Source of the DNA: an uncultured Acidimicrobiia bacterium
GTDB lineage: Bacteria > Actinomycetota > Acidimicrobiia > Spongiisociales > UBA5794
Direction of reading: 5' to 3'
DNA length: 64,000 bases
Assembly: GCA_963823505.1 (NCBI GenBank)
Contig: CAWGLY010000008.1
Coordinates: forward strand, 373,924-437,923
Position numbers and translations under genes: made by a program. Positions 19,247 through 28,553 of the stretch are shown piece after piece (positions within the stretch are counted from its first letter, which is position 1; each line of letters opens with the position of its first letter). Below the pieces are notes generated by a model that did no database searches, was not told the origin of the DNA, and saw nothing but the letters and a program-made list of their open reading frames with translations.

Positions 19247-21637
19247 TCAGGCCGTGGGGATCCACACCAAGGTCAGGTCCTCGATGTGGATGTCGGTCTT
19301 CTCGAGTGGCACCTCGATGGTTTCGATGTCGGCGCCGACTTCTTCCCACTCGTCGTTGATCGCCTCGAGTTCCTCGACCATCTCGGCCTCGAGCGCAGCC
19401 ATCTCCTCCCACTCGGTGACCGCCTTGTCCTGAGCACTGCGGAGACGCTGTTCCTTGTTTCGCGTCTGCTGACGGCGGCGAGCCGATCCGGTGACGGACC
19501 GGGTCGACTTCTTCCCCGTGAGGATTCCAATGAGCGCACCGGCGCCTTCGAGCAGCTCGCTCTGTTGTGCTCCGCCCACGTCGACCTCGAGTTCTGCGAC
19601 CCGCCGCTCGGCTGCTTCGTACTGCTTCTTGGCGGTACGGATCCGAGCCTCGTACTTGGTGCGGAGCTTGGCGACCTGCTCGTCGGCACGGTCCTCAGCT
19701 GCGGCATCGCACCGGGCGGCGAAGTCTTCCTGACTCTCGCCGGCTCGCGAGTAGAGCTCGAGCTTGGTGTTCTTCTGGATGGCGAGCTTCCTGGTTCGGT
19801 ACAGGTGCTCCTTGAGCGAGGTTGCCGCCGAGGCGAAGAAGGTCTTGGTGTCGATGGGTTCTGTCGGGAGCTCGTACACCGCACCCTCAGGGCCGGCAGG
19901 ACCGAAGTCACGGTCGTCGTAGTCGACGTGCACGAGCGCATCCGTGTCGAACCCGTCGCCAATGGGCGCGATCGCTTCCCATTCCTCGGCGTGGTCGAGG
20001 CCGGCAGCACGATCGTCGTAGATCAACTGGACTCTCGCCGCCAGCGCTGCCACGAGGCGGGCGCCGTCCTCGTCGCCGCCAGCGTCATTCAGCCAAGGGG
20101 CACCTGGTTGAACGTGCAGGACCGCCACGCCTTCGGCGACATGCGGCATCACGGGGGTCTCATCGGCGGCGAGATCTGGCGCCGGCGCCTTGGGTGCGGA
20201 CACGGCGTCCCCCTGAGTGGGCTGTGGCGGGGCATCGGGCGCCGCACCGGGGCGGCCACCCTGAAGCTCTGCAACCTGATCTCTGGTGAGCGGGCCCGCC
20301 AGGTACGAAAGTGCCCAGCGGGTGGTGAACTGCACAGGCTCGGCGTCACGGGTGTTGTGCAGGAGAAACTGGCGCTTGCCCAGTCCGGAGATGGTGGCGT
20401 CGAGGGCGCTGACATCCGTGTCACCTCTCGCCGATTGCAGGGCCTCGAGGATGCGCGCCTTGTCACGCTCGGTCTGGAGCCGCCCTACACACCAGGTCCC
20501 GGCGTTGGACATCGCCTTGTAATCGAGATCGACAGGGTTCTGCGTCGACAGGAGCATTCCCACACCAAAGGCACGCGCCTGCTTGAGGATCGTGAGGATG
20601 GGCTTTTTTGCCGGCGGCTCTGCGGTGGGCGGCACAAAGCCGAACACCTCGTCCATGTAGACCATCGCCCGCAGATCCCCGCTCCCCGGCTGGGTGCGCA
20701 TCCACGTGACGACCTTGGAGAGGATCAGCGTGACGATGAACTGGCGCTCCTCGTCGGAGAGATGGGCCAGGTAGATGATGGCGGCCTGCGGCTTGCCCTG
20801 CTCGTCCCAGAGCAGTTTGCCGGCGTCGAGGGGGGCACCGCTCACCCACTCGGCAAACGATGGCGACGCCAGCAACCCGTTGAGCTGCATCGCCAGCGCC
20901 ATCCTCTCCTTCTCCGGGTAGAACGCATCGAGCTCGAAGACGCCCAGCTTGCGCAGCGGAGGGCGCTGGATGTGGGCAAGGAGCGTCGCCAGATCCAGGT
21001 CCTTGCCTTGGCGCCACGCATGCTCGATCAGGCTGGCGATGAGGATGTGCTCCTTGGAGGAGATGGGGTCGGCATCGAGGCCGAGCAGGCCGAGCAGGCC
21101 GGAGGCAAAACCTTCGATCTCGTCCCGCAGGTGCTCCGCGTCGGTGTCCCAGTCCATGCCGGGGTTGCGCAGCGAGCCGACGATGTTGATCGGAACTCCC
21201 GCACTGGAGCCTGGGGTGTAGATCGTAAATCCTGTTCGCTCGTGCAACTCAGCGATCCGGGAGCCGTCCTGGCCCCATGAAGCCAGCCCGCTCTTCCACA
21301 GCTCGGCCTTTTCGCCTGCCAGCTCTGCAGTGGTCTTACCCGCCTTCCGGGCCTCGGCGGGGTCGACCCACGGCTCAAAGTCTGCAGGTAGCAAATCGGG
21401 GAAGGTGAGGAGCAGGTTCGTCATGTCCCCTTTGGGATCGAGGATCAATGTGGGAATCCCCTGGAGGAGCGCCTCCTCCAGGTAGATGATGCCGAGGCCG
21501 GTCTTGCCCGAGCCCGTCATACCCACGATCACCCCGTGGGTCGTGAGGTCGCTGGGGTCGTAGTCGACGAGGTGGTCGGTTCGGTCGCCGCTCGACGGGT
21601 CGACTGCGGCTCCGAGAAACAGACCTTCCGTGGTCAC
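19247..21637 (-). CDS. HerA/FtsK-superfamily (DUF87-like) P-loop ATPase with long C-terminal Pro/Ala linker and coiled-coil region
   Basis: GTG start at 21637 with AGGAGGA SD 5 nt upstream. N-terminal Walker A GMTGSGKTG followed by LILDPKGD (HerA-like). Walker B MVYMDEVFGF. The LSTQNPVDLD motif is present. The last about 370 aa are Glu/Arg/Ala-rich heptad-like coiled coil. Confidence 0.7.
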   Translation of the reverse strand: MTTEGLFLGAAVDPSSGDRTDHLVDYDPSDLTTHGVIVGMTGSGKTGLGIIYLEEALLQGIPTLILDPKGDMTNLLLTFPDLLPADFEPWVDPAEARKAGKTTAELAGEKAELWKSGLASWGQDGSRIAELHERTGFTIYTPGSSAGVPINIVGSLRNPGMDWDTDAEHLRDEIEGFASGLLGLLGLDADPISSKEHILIASLIEHAWRQGKDLDLATLLAHIQRPPLRKLGVFELDAFYPEKERMALAMQLNGLLASPSFAEWVSGAPLDAGKLLWDEQGKPQAAIIYLAHLSDEERQFIVTLILSKVVTWMRTQPGSGDLRAMVYMDEVFGFVPPTAEPPAKKPILTILKQARAFGVGMLLSTQNPVDLDYKAMSNAGTWCVGRLQTERDKARILEALQSARGDTDVSALDATISGLGKRQFLLHNTRDAEPVQFTTRWALSYLAGPLTRDQVAELQGGRPGAAPDAPPQPTQGDAVSAPKAPAPDLAADETPVMPHVAEGVAVLHVQPGAPWLNDAGGDEDGARLVAALAARVQLIYDDRAAGLDHAEEWEAIAPIGDGFDTDALVHVDYDDRDFGPAGPEGAVYELPTEPIDTKTFFASAATSLKEHLYRTRKLAIQKNTKLELYSRAGESQEDFAARCDAAAEDRADEQVAKLRTKYEARIRTAKKQYEAAERRVAELEVDVGGAQQSELLEGAGALIGILTGKKSTRSVTGSARRRQQTRNKEQRLRSAQDKAVTEWEEMAALEAEMVEELEAINDEWEEVGADIETIEVPLEKTDIHIEDLTLVWIPTA

Positions 21638-21787
21638 ATTTCCTCCTGGCTGGGACTCCGGAGAGTGTAGGGAACGCTTCAAAGGACACGCCGTGGCCCG
21701 GCATGCGCCGGTCGTCCCAAGTCTCACGACACTTCGGTGAGCAGTGTCTAGGCTCCGCACATGGAAGCGATACCCAGCCCGCAGCAC

Positions 21788-22210
21788 ATGAGGGCGTGGC
21801 GGTCCAGCCTGACGGCGCATTCTCGGATCGTGGCCCGTATGTCTGACGACCTCGTGCGCGAGGCGCGGCTTCCCTTGCCCTGGTACGAGGTGCTGCTGTT
21901 GGTGAAGGAGAGCGCAACAGGGCAGCTACGGATGCACGAGCTCGCCGACTCCCGGTTGTTGAGCCGAAGCGCGGCGACACGGCTCGTCGATCGGATCGAG
22001 CGGGCGGGGCTCGTCACGAGGATCGCCGCAGAAGAGGATCGGCGGGGAACCTTCGTGGAGCTGACCGACGACGGTCTCGCTACATTGCGGGCCGCGGCAC
22101 CCATCCACCTGCGCGGCATCCAGGACTACTTCGCCGCCCAACTCAGCGACGACGAGGCCGTCATGGTGGACGGCGTGATGCGTCGCATGGTCGAGGCACT
22201 CGCCAACTGA
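21788..22210 (+). CDS. MarR-family transcriptional regulator
   Basis: Winged-HTH pattern (LPLPWYEVLLLVKESATGQLRMHELADSRLLSRSAATRLVDRIERAGLVTR). Divergent from the HerA-like gene. Start may be 21761 or 21788. Confidence 0.7.
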   Translation: MRAWRSSLTAHSRIVARMSDDLVREARLPLPWYEVLLLVKESATGQLRMHELADSRLLSRSAATRLVDRIERAGLVTRIAAEEDRRGTFVELTDDGLATLRAAAPIHLRGIQDYFAAQLSDDEAVMVDGVMRRMVEALAN

Positions 22211-22247
22211 ACTTCAGGCGCCCGTTGCGCGTCCGGCCATCACGACG

Positions 22248-22805
22248 TCAGCGTGCGCGCCCGAATCCAAGTCTCTCGATCACGAGAGCGGCGGCCTCGT
22301 CAACCGTCTCGACGCACGTCACGAGCGACCCGTCGGTGTCGAGGCGGCTCGTCACCATCGCCACGAGCTCGCGCCACGTAGCGCCAACGGCGACGATGGG
22401 CGCTGGCACCGATCGGTTGTATCGGGCCACGAACGCGACGTTCCACGCGACGAGCAACTCGGTGAAGGTCCCGATGCTCCCGGGAAGTGCGATTGCGCCG
22501 TCGGCGATGTCCACCATGTGGCGGATACGGTCGGTGAGTGATTGCGCGCGGTGCTCGGTCGAGATGTACGGGTTGGGGCCGGCTCGGTCGGGAAAGACCA
22601 ATGGAGCGGTAATACCCACGACGTGCCCTGAGGCTGCCGCTGCGCCCTCGGCCGCGGCCTCCATCACTCCACCGTATCCACCGGTTGCGACCACGAGACC
22701 TGCAGCGGCCAGCAGACCGCCGCACCGTTCTGCTGCCACCCAGTTCGGCGATCCCGCAACGGTGCTCGAATCTCCGAAGATCGCCACGGTTGTCCGGGTC
22801 GCCAC
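22248..22805 (-). CDS. LOG-family protein (TIGR00730 Rossmann-fold nucleotide-binding / cytokinin riboside 5'-monophosphate phosphoribohydrolase-like)
   Basis: VAIFGDSS N-terminus, GGYGGVMEA and PGSIGTFTEL motifs. 185 aa. Confidence 0.8.
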   Translation of the reverse strand: MATRTTVAIFGDSSTVAGSPNWVAAERCGGLLAAAGLVVATGGYGGVMEAAAEGAAAASGHVVGITAPLVFPDRAGPNPYISTEHRAQSLTDRIRHMVDIADGAIALPGSIGTFTELLVAWNVAFVARYNRSVPAPIVAVGATWRELVAMVTSRLDTDGSLVTCVETVDEAAALVIERLGFGRAR

Positions 22806-22944
22806 CCAAGCCCTCCGTTGTTGTTCGCGGTCACGACGCTACCGGAGCGGCCCGTGAGTGGAGCCACAGACGCGTTTCGCCCCCTCCACGAGGTGGAGGG
22901 GGCGAAACATAGGGTGGGTCATTGCGGCTTGTCTGTCCACCCGT

Positions 22945-23370
22945 TCAAACGCTGCCGGGCTCGGATTCGTTCCAGGCCTCACTCGGGTCGGTGCACGTCA
23001 GTCGCACATCTTCTGCGGTGGCGTCCACGGCCCTGACGTGGCCGGCGATTTCATAGCGGAGCTGATCGTCCGGGCAGTCCTCGAGCTCCGGCCTATCTCG
23101 TTTCCACACGCGCAGCCGCACGTGAAGGGGCACCAGGTCGGCCCCGCCGATCTTGTCGACCCCGAGTTCTGCAGCCTCTTCGCGCACCAGATCTTCAATG
23201 GTCGGCAGCTCAGGATCGGGCGGCAAGGTGGCGAGGATCTGCCGCTGCCGCTTGTTCGGCCGGAAGCCTCGCGCGGAGTCGGGCTCATCGGTTCTCCGCG
23301 TCGAGCGGGCGGCCCACCCGAGCAGGAAACCGACGGTGAGGCCGATCGCGAGCGGGACCAGGAGCTCCAC
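22945..23370 (-). CDS. hypothetical N-terminally anchored protein
   Basis: 141 aa. N-terminal TM helix LLVPLAIGLTVGFLLGWAA. No family match; protein-like composition. Confidence 0.35.
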   Translation of the reverse strand: MELLVPLAIGLTVGFLLGWAARSTRRTDEPDSARGFRPNKRQRQILATLPPDPELPTIEDLVREEAAELGVDKIGGADLVPLHVRLRVWKRDRPELEDCPDDQLRYEIAGHVRAVDATAEDVRLTCTDPSEAWNESEPGSV

Positions 23371-23373
23371 GGT

Positions 23374-24708
23374 TCAGGCCTTCGCGCTGCGCACCACGAC
23401 GGCAACCAACATTTCGTCGCCAACGTTGTGGATGGCGAGGGCTCGTTCGGCCGGTACCTCGATGACGTCGCCGGTAGCCATCCGGGTGGCGCCGGTCGAT
23501 CCTTCACCGCTCACGACGACCCAGGTCCCAGGATCGAGGTCGACGGAAGCTCCTGGGGCCACGTCGAACCGGTCGACGGCCGCGGAGCCGTACGCAATCA
23601 GACGGGACGATGACCCCCAGGTGTGGCGGTGCGACGGAGATGATGTCGCTTGGGGGTGGCCTCGTTTGGCCAGCTTCTCCACCAGCTTTTTGAGATCGTC
23701 ACTCCCGCCGCGGCCCGTGACGAGGACGGCATCCTCTGTGGCAACGATCACGACGTCGCCGATCCCCGTCGCCGCAACCAATGGGCCCTCGGATCGCACG
23801 TAGCTGTTGGTGACACGCTCGATGACGACGTTTCCCGCGGTGACGTTGCCGTCCCCGTCTGCCACGCCTGCGGCGTGGAGCGAGTCCCACGTGCCGAGGT
23901 CGCTCCACCCCGCATCGAGCGGTACAACGACCGCATGATCCGTGTGCTCCATGACGGCGTAGTCGATCGAGATCGCCGGCGCCTCGCCGAATGCCGCGGC
24001 GTCGAGCAGCAGGCTGCCATCCGGAGCCGTGACTGCGTTGGTGACCGCACGGCGGGTCGCCGCCAGGACTTCGGGCGTATAGCGGTCCAGCTCATCGCAG
24101 AACTGTGACGCGGTGAACATGAACATGCCGCTGTTCCAGAGGTACTCGCCCGAAGCGAGAAACGTCTCTGCCGTGGTGCGATCCGGCTTCTCCACAAAGC
24201 GCTCGACGGGGCGCACATCGCCCCCTCTGGCTGCCTTGATGTAGCCGTAGCCGGTAGCCGGGTACGTGGCGACGATGCCGAAGGTGACGAGCTTGCCATC
24301 CTTCGCCGAAGCGGCACCGACCAGCACGGCTCTGCGGAACGCTTCCTCGTCGAGAATCAGATGATCGGCGGGCATGACGAGGAGGAGGGGATCGGCGCCC
24401 TGGTACGTCAGCGCCCCCGCCGCCACCGCAGGTGCAGTGTTGCGCCCTACCGGTTCAACGACCACCCGACCGTCGGTGTGGCCTGCGGCGATGAGATCGC
24501 GTTGGACGTCTTGGACATGAGCCGCGTTGCACACGACGATCGGTGGGGTCGATCCTTCAATGCCGTCGAGGCGCGCGATGGTCGACAGCAACATGGTGCG
24601 TTCGTCGACGAGTGGAATGAGCTGTTTGGGTGTGTCCGGCCGCGAGAGCGGCCAGAGCCGCACCCCGACCCCCCCGGAGAGAATCAATGGAACAAGCGCT
24701 GGTGTCGT
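23374..24708 (-). CDS. manC: mannose-1-phosphate guanylyltransferase / mannose-6-phosphate isomerase (type II PMI with cupin C-terminus)
   Basis: Nucleotidyltransferase motif LILSGGVGVRLWPLS, then a central GMP region and a C-terminal cupin (GSAAVDRFDVAPGASVD...HNVGDEML). The start is ambiguous; GTG at 24708 was chosen so that it does not overlap the divergent neighbour. Confidence 0.8.
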   Translation of the reverse strand, partial: TTPALVPLILSGGVGVRLWPLSRPDTPKQLIPLVDERTMLLSTIARLDGIEGSTPPIVVCNAAHVQDVQRDLIAAGHTDGRVVVEPVGRNTAPAVAAGALTYQGADPLLLVMPADHLILDEEAFRRAVLVGAASAKDGKLVTFGIVATYPATGYGYIKAARGGDVRPVERFVEKPDRTTAETFLASGEYLWNSGMFMFTASQFCDELDRYTPEVLAATRRAVTNAVTAPDGSLLLDAAAFGEAPAISIDYAVMEHTDHAVVVPLDAGWSDLGTWDSLHAAGVADGDGNVTAGNVVIERVTNSYVRSEGPLVAATGIGDVVIVATEDAVLVTGRGGSDDLKKLVEKLAKRGHPQATSSPSHRHTWGSSSRLIAYGSAAVDRFDVAPGASVDLDPGTWVVVSGEGSTGATRMATGDVIEVPAERALAIHNVGDEMLVAVVVRSAKA

Positions 24709-24772
24709 CACGCCGAGCAATGTAACCGAAGCGCGTGGGGCTCCATCTCGCTCGTGGCTACGCTCCGGTCCC

Positions 24773-25993
24773 ATGTTGGACATCTCCACTGTTCGCAGCC
24801 GGTTTCCTGCCCTGTCCCGAACCCTCGGCGATCGGCCCGTCATCTACGCAGATGGTCCCGGCGGCACCCAAGTCCCCGACTCGGTCATCGCCGCGATGAC
24901 GGACTTCCTCGCTCGGGGCGGCTCCAACCTCGGTGGGCCCTTTGTCACGAGCGAAGAAACCGATGCAACGGTCCATGCCGCCAGAACGGCGATCGCCGAT
25001 CTGTTCAATGCATCACGGCCGGAAGAGATCTCGTTCGGTCAGAACATGACATCGATCACTTTGTCGCTCGGCAGGGCCCTTGCGCACACGTGGCAGCCGG
25101 GCGACGAGATCCTGTGCACGCGGCTCGACCACGATGCCAACGTCTCGTCGTGGATGGCGGCAGCATCGGAGGCGGGCGCGGTCGTCGGGCTCGTCGACTT
25201 CGATGTCCGCGACGGGACCCTGGACCCGCAGCGTGTCGCCGCAGCCATCACACCGCGGACTCGTCTGGTTGCAATCACGCACGCGTCAAACGCGATCGGG
25301 ACGGTGGTGGACGTGGCCGCGATCACGAAGATCGCCCACGACTTCGGGGCGCTGGTGTTCGTTGATGCAGTCCACTACACGCCGCATCGGGCCGTGGATG
25401 TCCAAGCGCTCGGCTGCGATTTCTTGGCGGCGTCGGCGTACAAGTTTTTTGGTCCCCACACGGGTGCGCTGTACGCGCGTCTCGATCTTTCTGCCCACTT
25501 GGATGCGGTGAAGATCCGGCCGGCGCCTGAGGAGCCCCCGGGGAAGTGGGAGTCCGGCACGCAGAGCTTCGAGAGTCTTGCCGGTGTGACGGCGGCGGTC
25601 GACTACATCGCCGAGCTTGGCCACGGGTCGACGCGACGTGCTCGCGTGGTCGGCGCCATGGAAGAGATCGCCGAGCATGAACGGGCGCTCTCCGCCCAGT
25701 TCCTCGGAGCGGTCACGGCGTTGGACCGCGTGCGGGTATACGGCCTGCCGACACCCGACGGCCGCACCCCCACCTTTGCCGTGGCAGTCGATGGCCTGAC
25801 GCCGCGGGAAGTGGCGACGGCGTTGGGGAGGCAGGGCATCTTCGTCTGGGACGGCCACTACTACGCACTCGAAGTCATGCGGCACCTCGGCGTCTTGGAC
25901 AGCGGTGGCCTCGTCCGTATCGGCTTTGTGCACTACAACACGATGGATGAGGTCGGGCAGACGGTTGCGGCCCTGGCAGAGCTCGTCTCGTAA
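24773..25993 (+). CDS. aminotransferase class V / cysteine desulfurase-like PLP enzyme (SufS/CsdA-like)
   Basis: ATG at 24773, in frame inside the supplied 24527..25993 ORF. PLP-lysine motif SAYKFFGPHTGALY. Class V fold signatures (ITHASNAIGTV, FVDAVH). Confidence 0.8.
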   Translation: MLDISTVRSRFPALSRTLGDRPVIYADGPGGTQVPDSVIAAMTDFLARGGSNLGGPFVTSEETDATVHAARTAIADLFNASRPEEISFGQNMTSITLSLGRALAHTWQPGDEILCTRLDHDANVSSWMAAASEAGAVVGLVDFDVRDGTLDPQRVAAAITPRTRLVAITHASNAIGTVVDVAAITKIAHDFGALVFVDAVHYTPHRAVDVQALGCDFLAASAYKFFGPHTGALYARLDLSAHLDAVKIRPAPEEPPGKWESGTQSFESLAGVTAAVDYIAELGHGSTRRARVVGAMEEIAEHERALSAQFLGAVTALDRVRVYGLPTPDGRTPTFAVAVDGLTPREVATALGRQGIFVWDGHYYALEVMRHLGVLDSGGLVRIGFVHYNTMDEVGQTVAALAELVS

Positions 25994-26007
25994 CGCTGCG
26001 GTGTCCG

Positions 26008-28083
26008 TCAGGCGTTCTCCGCCGCCGGTTCGAGCAGGTAGGCGAGCTCGACCCGTGCGTCGTGGGAGCCGAACGCCGTGATGGTATCGCCGGTGCGGAT
26101 CACGGTCTCGCCATGGGGAATGAGGACCGACCCTCCTCTGCGGACGGACACGAGGGTCGCTCCCTTGGGCCAGGCGATCTCCCTCACCTTGTGCCCGTGC
26201 GCTCCCGACGACGCCGGTACGGGCAACTCGAAGAAGGCGGCGTCCGGCTGGATGCGGGTTTTCAGCCGCTCCCGATACAGCGACCGGTCGGTTGTCTCGC
26301 CCAGCGCCAGGTGATAGCCCCGAACCACGCTCTCGCGGCGGAACATCCCCAGGTACTTTCCTGCGGATTCGTCGGAGACGACTGGGAGTCGCCCTATCCC
26401 GAGGGAGGCCATCCGCGCCAGGGCGGCAGACACCGGCATCTTCGGCGACACGGTCGCTGGGTTGCGGGTCATGGCGTCCGCGAGGGGCGTGTCGGGATCG
26501 AGGCCCTCGAGGTCCGTGACCGTTGCGATGCCGACGAGACGCTGGTGATCAACTACAGGCAAGCCGTGATGGTGGCCTTCGTCGAGGGTTTCGACGGCTT
26601 CGCCGACGGTCATCGTGCGGCTCAGGACCAAGCGGGGCAAGGTCATGACCTGTGCGACCGTGACGGTATCGAGGAGATCGATGTCCTCGGTTTGGGCGAG
26701 ATGGATGCCCTTCCTCCGCAGCGGGATGGTGTAGACGCTGTCGGGGTAGAAGCGTTCGCTGAGGAAGGTCGCAAGCGCAGCCGTCAGCATCAGCGGCAAT
26801 ACGAGGTTGTAGTCGCCTGTGATCTCGAACACGATGAGGATCGCGGTGAGGGGTGCCCGTCCCGTGGCTGCGAAGGTGGCTGCCGTGCCGACGACCGCAA
26901 ACGCACCGATGTTCAGCACCGAGACGCCCCAAACCGGCTGCAGTGCCATCGCAAAGGCCGCCCCGAGGCTGCCACCGATCACGAGGCTCGGCATCATCGT
27001 GCCCCCAGAGCCGCCGCCCGCTCTGGTGAATGCCGTGGCAAACATCTTGAGGAACGCTATGGCAATCAACGTGCCCCAGATGTCTGGAGCCTCCGTGCCG
27101 AGTCGGAGCACCGTCGTCAAGTAGGCCTGGCCGGAGCCGAAGAGCGCCGGCCGGAGGACGATGAGCGTTGCGACGCCGATGCCGGACAGAAGCGCAAACG
27201 GCCAGCCGGGGTATCGCTCACCCATCGTTTCGGTCTTCTCGATGATCTGAAGGAACAAGACGGCCGCCCCTGCCGCCAGCAACCCCAGCACGGCATACAG
27301 GACGAGTTCGGCAGGGTGGGCGACTTGGTGCGAAGGGGCGGACAGGATTCGCTCTGCGCCGACGAGCTCGCTCGTGGTCACGGCGGCCGCGACCGAGGCG
27401 ACGACGACTGCGTTCAGGTGGCGGATCGCGAAGTTGCCGAGGATCACCTCGAGGGCGAACAACATCCCGGCAATTGGGGCGTTGAAAGAGGCTCCGATCC
27501 CGGCGGCGGCACCGGCCGCCACGAGCCCTCGGATCTGGTCTTCGCCAAATCGGGTGTACCGGGCGAGCGAGGAGCCAATCGTTGCACCGATCTGGACCGA
27601 CGGGCCTTCTCGCCCGGCAGAGCCTCCTGAACCCAGGGTCACCGCAGTGGCGACGATCTTTGCGCCGATGGTCCGGGTCGCGAGATAGCCGCTGCGAAGG
27701 GAGAGTCCGACCATCGTTTCGGTCACACCACCGCTGGCGACTCCGGGGCCCCATACGCGGTTGATACCCCAGGCGACGAGGATGCCGATCGGGACGGTGA
27801 CCATGGGAATCCACCGGCCCAGCCCGCCGGGCGTGTCGAGCCGCGCCACGAGCCATGCGACGCCGCTGATACCCCACACGAGCAGGGCGGCTGCGATCCC
27901 GACGAGGACGCCGACGAAGAGTGCCGCGGTCATGAACGCGGCTGCCCCGCGAGATTCAACGATCCTGATCAGGAATCTGCGAATAGCGGCCCACATCTGC
28001 CGGAAGTTAGCGCTGGAGACGCCCTCGCCGGTGCGCAGCGGTGGTTGAGACCGGGGGAGGGAGATCCGGCAACCTCCAGCCAA
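26008..28083 (-). CDS. ClC-family chloride channel/transporter with C-terminal CBS pair and TrkA-C domain
   Basis: ClC selectivity motifs GSGGSAGREGP, GIGASFNAPIAGMLFALE and GTMMPSL. Two CBS domains. TrkA_C-like tail (IAWPKGATLVSVRRGGSVLIPHGETVIRTGDTITAFG). TTG start at 28083 preceded by GGGAGGGAG; an alternative ATG lies at 27996. Confidence 0.85.
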   Translation of the reverse strand: MAGGCRISLPRSQPPLRTGEGVSSANFRQMWAAIRRFLIRIVESRGAAAFMTAALFVGVLVGIAAALLVWGISGVAWLVARLDTPGGLGRWIPMVTVPIGILVAWGINRVWGPGVASGGVTETMVGLSLRSGYLATRTIGAKIVATAVTLGSGGSAGREGPSVQIGATIGSSLARYTRFGEDQIRGLVAAGAAAGIGASFNAPIAGMLFALEVILGNFAIRHLNAVVVASVAAAVTTSELVGAERILSAPSHQVAHPAELVLYAVLGLLAAGAAVLFLQIIEKTETMGERYPGWPFALLSGIGVATLIVLRPALFGSGQAYLTTVLRLGTEAPDIWGTLIAIAFLKMFATAFTRAGGGSGGTMMPSLVIGGSLGAAFAMALQPVWGVSVLNIGAFAVVGTAATFAATGRAPLTAILIVFEITGDYNLVLPLMLTAALATFLSERFYPDSVYTIPLRRKGIHLAQTEDIDLLDTVTVAQVMTLPRLVLSRTMTVGEAVETLDEGHHHGLPVVDHQRLVGIATVTDLEGLDPDTPLADAMTRNPATVSPKMPVSAALARMASLGIGRLPVVSDESAGKYLGMFRRESVVRGYHLALGETTDRSLYRERLKTRIQPDAAFFELPVPASSGAHGHKVREIAWPKGATLVSVRRGGSVLIPHGETVIRTGDTITAFGSHDARVELAYLLEPAAENA

Positions 28084-28553
28084 GGAGCTCCCTCCCCACG
28101 GTCACCTTGCGATCAGGTCACGGCCCCGACCCGATCGACACGATCGTGCGGCGCGCACGGAGGCGGCTGCGCTCCTGAGTCGACGTGACGAACTCGCGGG
28201 CGACCAATCTCTGGTCGTTGCGTGGGTCCACCAATCCACCGTGGTTCCTCCCGTCCTAGGAACACAGCCATACCGGGCTGCTCGAGCCCTTCAGTTCCAC
28301 CATAACCGGCGTCGGAGGCCGGATACCAGCATTTCTGCCGCGATCCCCAATGTCGTCCCGGACGGTGTCTTCTACGAGGAGGGAGCGGAGCGACCGTACG
28401 GAGTGCGGGGCCGCCAGGCCGAGGCGGCACGGAGTACGTCCCGAAACCCAGAACCGAATGAGGGATCTCAGGTCAGCCGGCGTGCTGGCTTCAGCCCGCA
28501 CGGTGCCTGCAGGCCCACGCTCGCGCTGGACGACATACCACTACCGTCGTCCC

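Noticed and set aside
19286-21280. 664-aa plus-strand ORF opposite the HerA-like ATPase gene
   Set aside because: Antisense artefact. The Walker A/B motifs and the SD-preceded start are on the minus strand.
24709-24843. Upstream extension of manC that would overlap the divergent SufS-like gene
   Set aside because: The extension (MTGRSPRVRDRAGNRLRTVEMSNMGPERSHERDGAPRASV) is not protein-like. The nucleotidyltransferase G-rich loop begins about 10 aa after the chosen GTG.
28000-28300. Possible fluoride (crcB-motif) riboswitch upstream of the ClC gene
   Set aside because: I read the ClC-strand leader and found neither the conserved GAUGG...AAnCGC...CUGAUG core nor the pseudoknot partner. The ClC also has the Cl- type GREGP motif.
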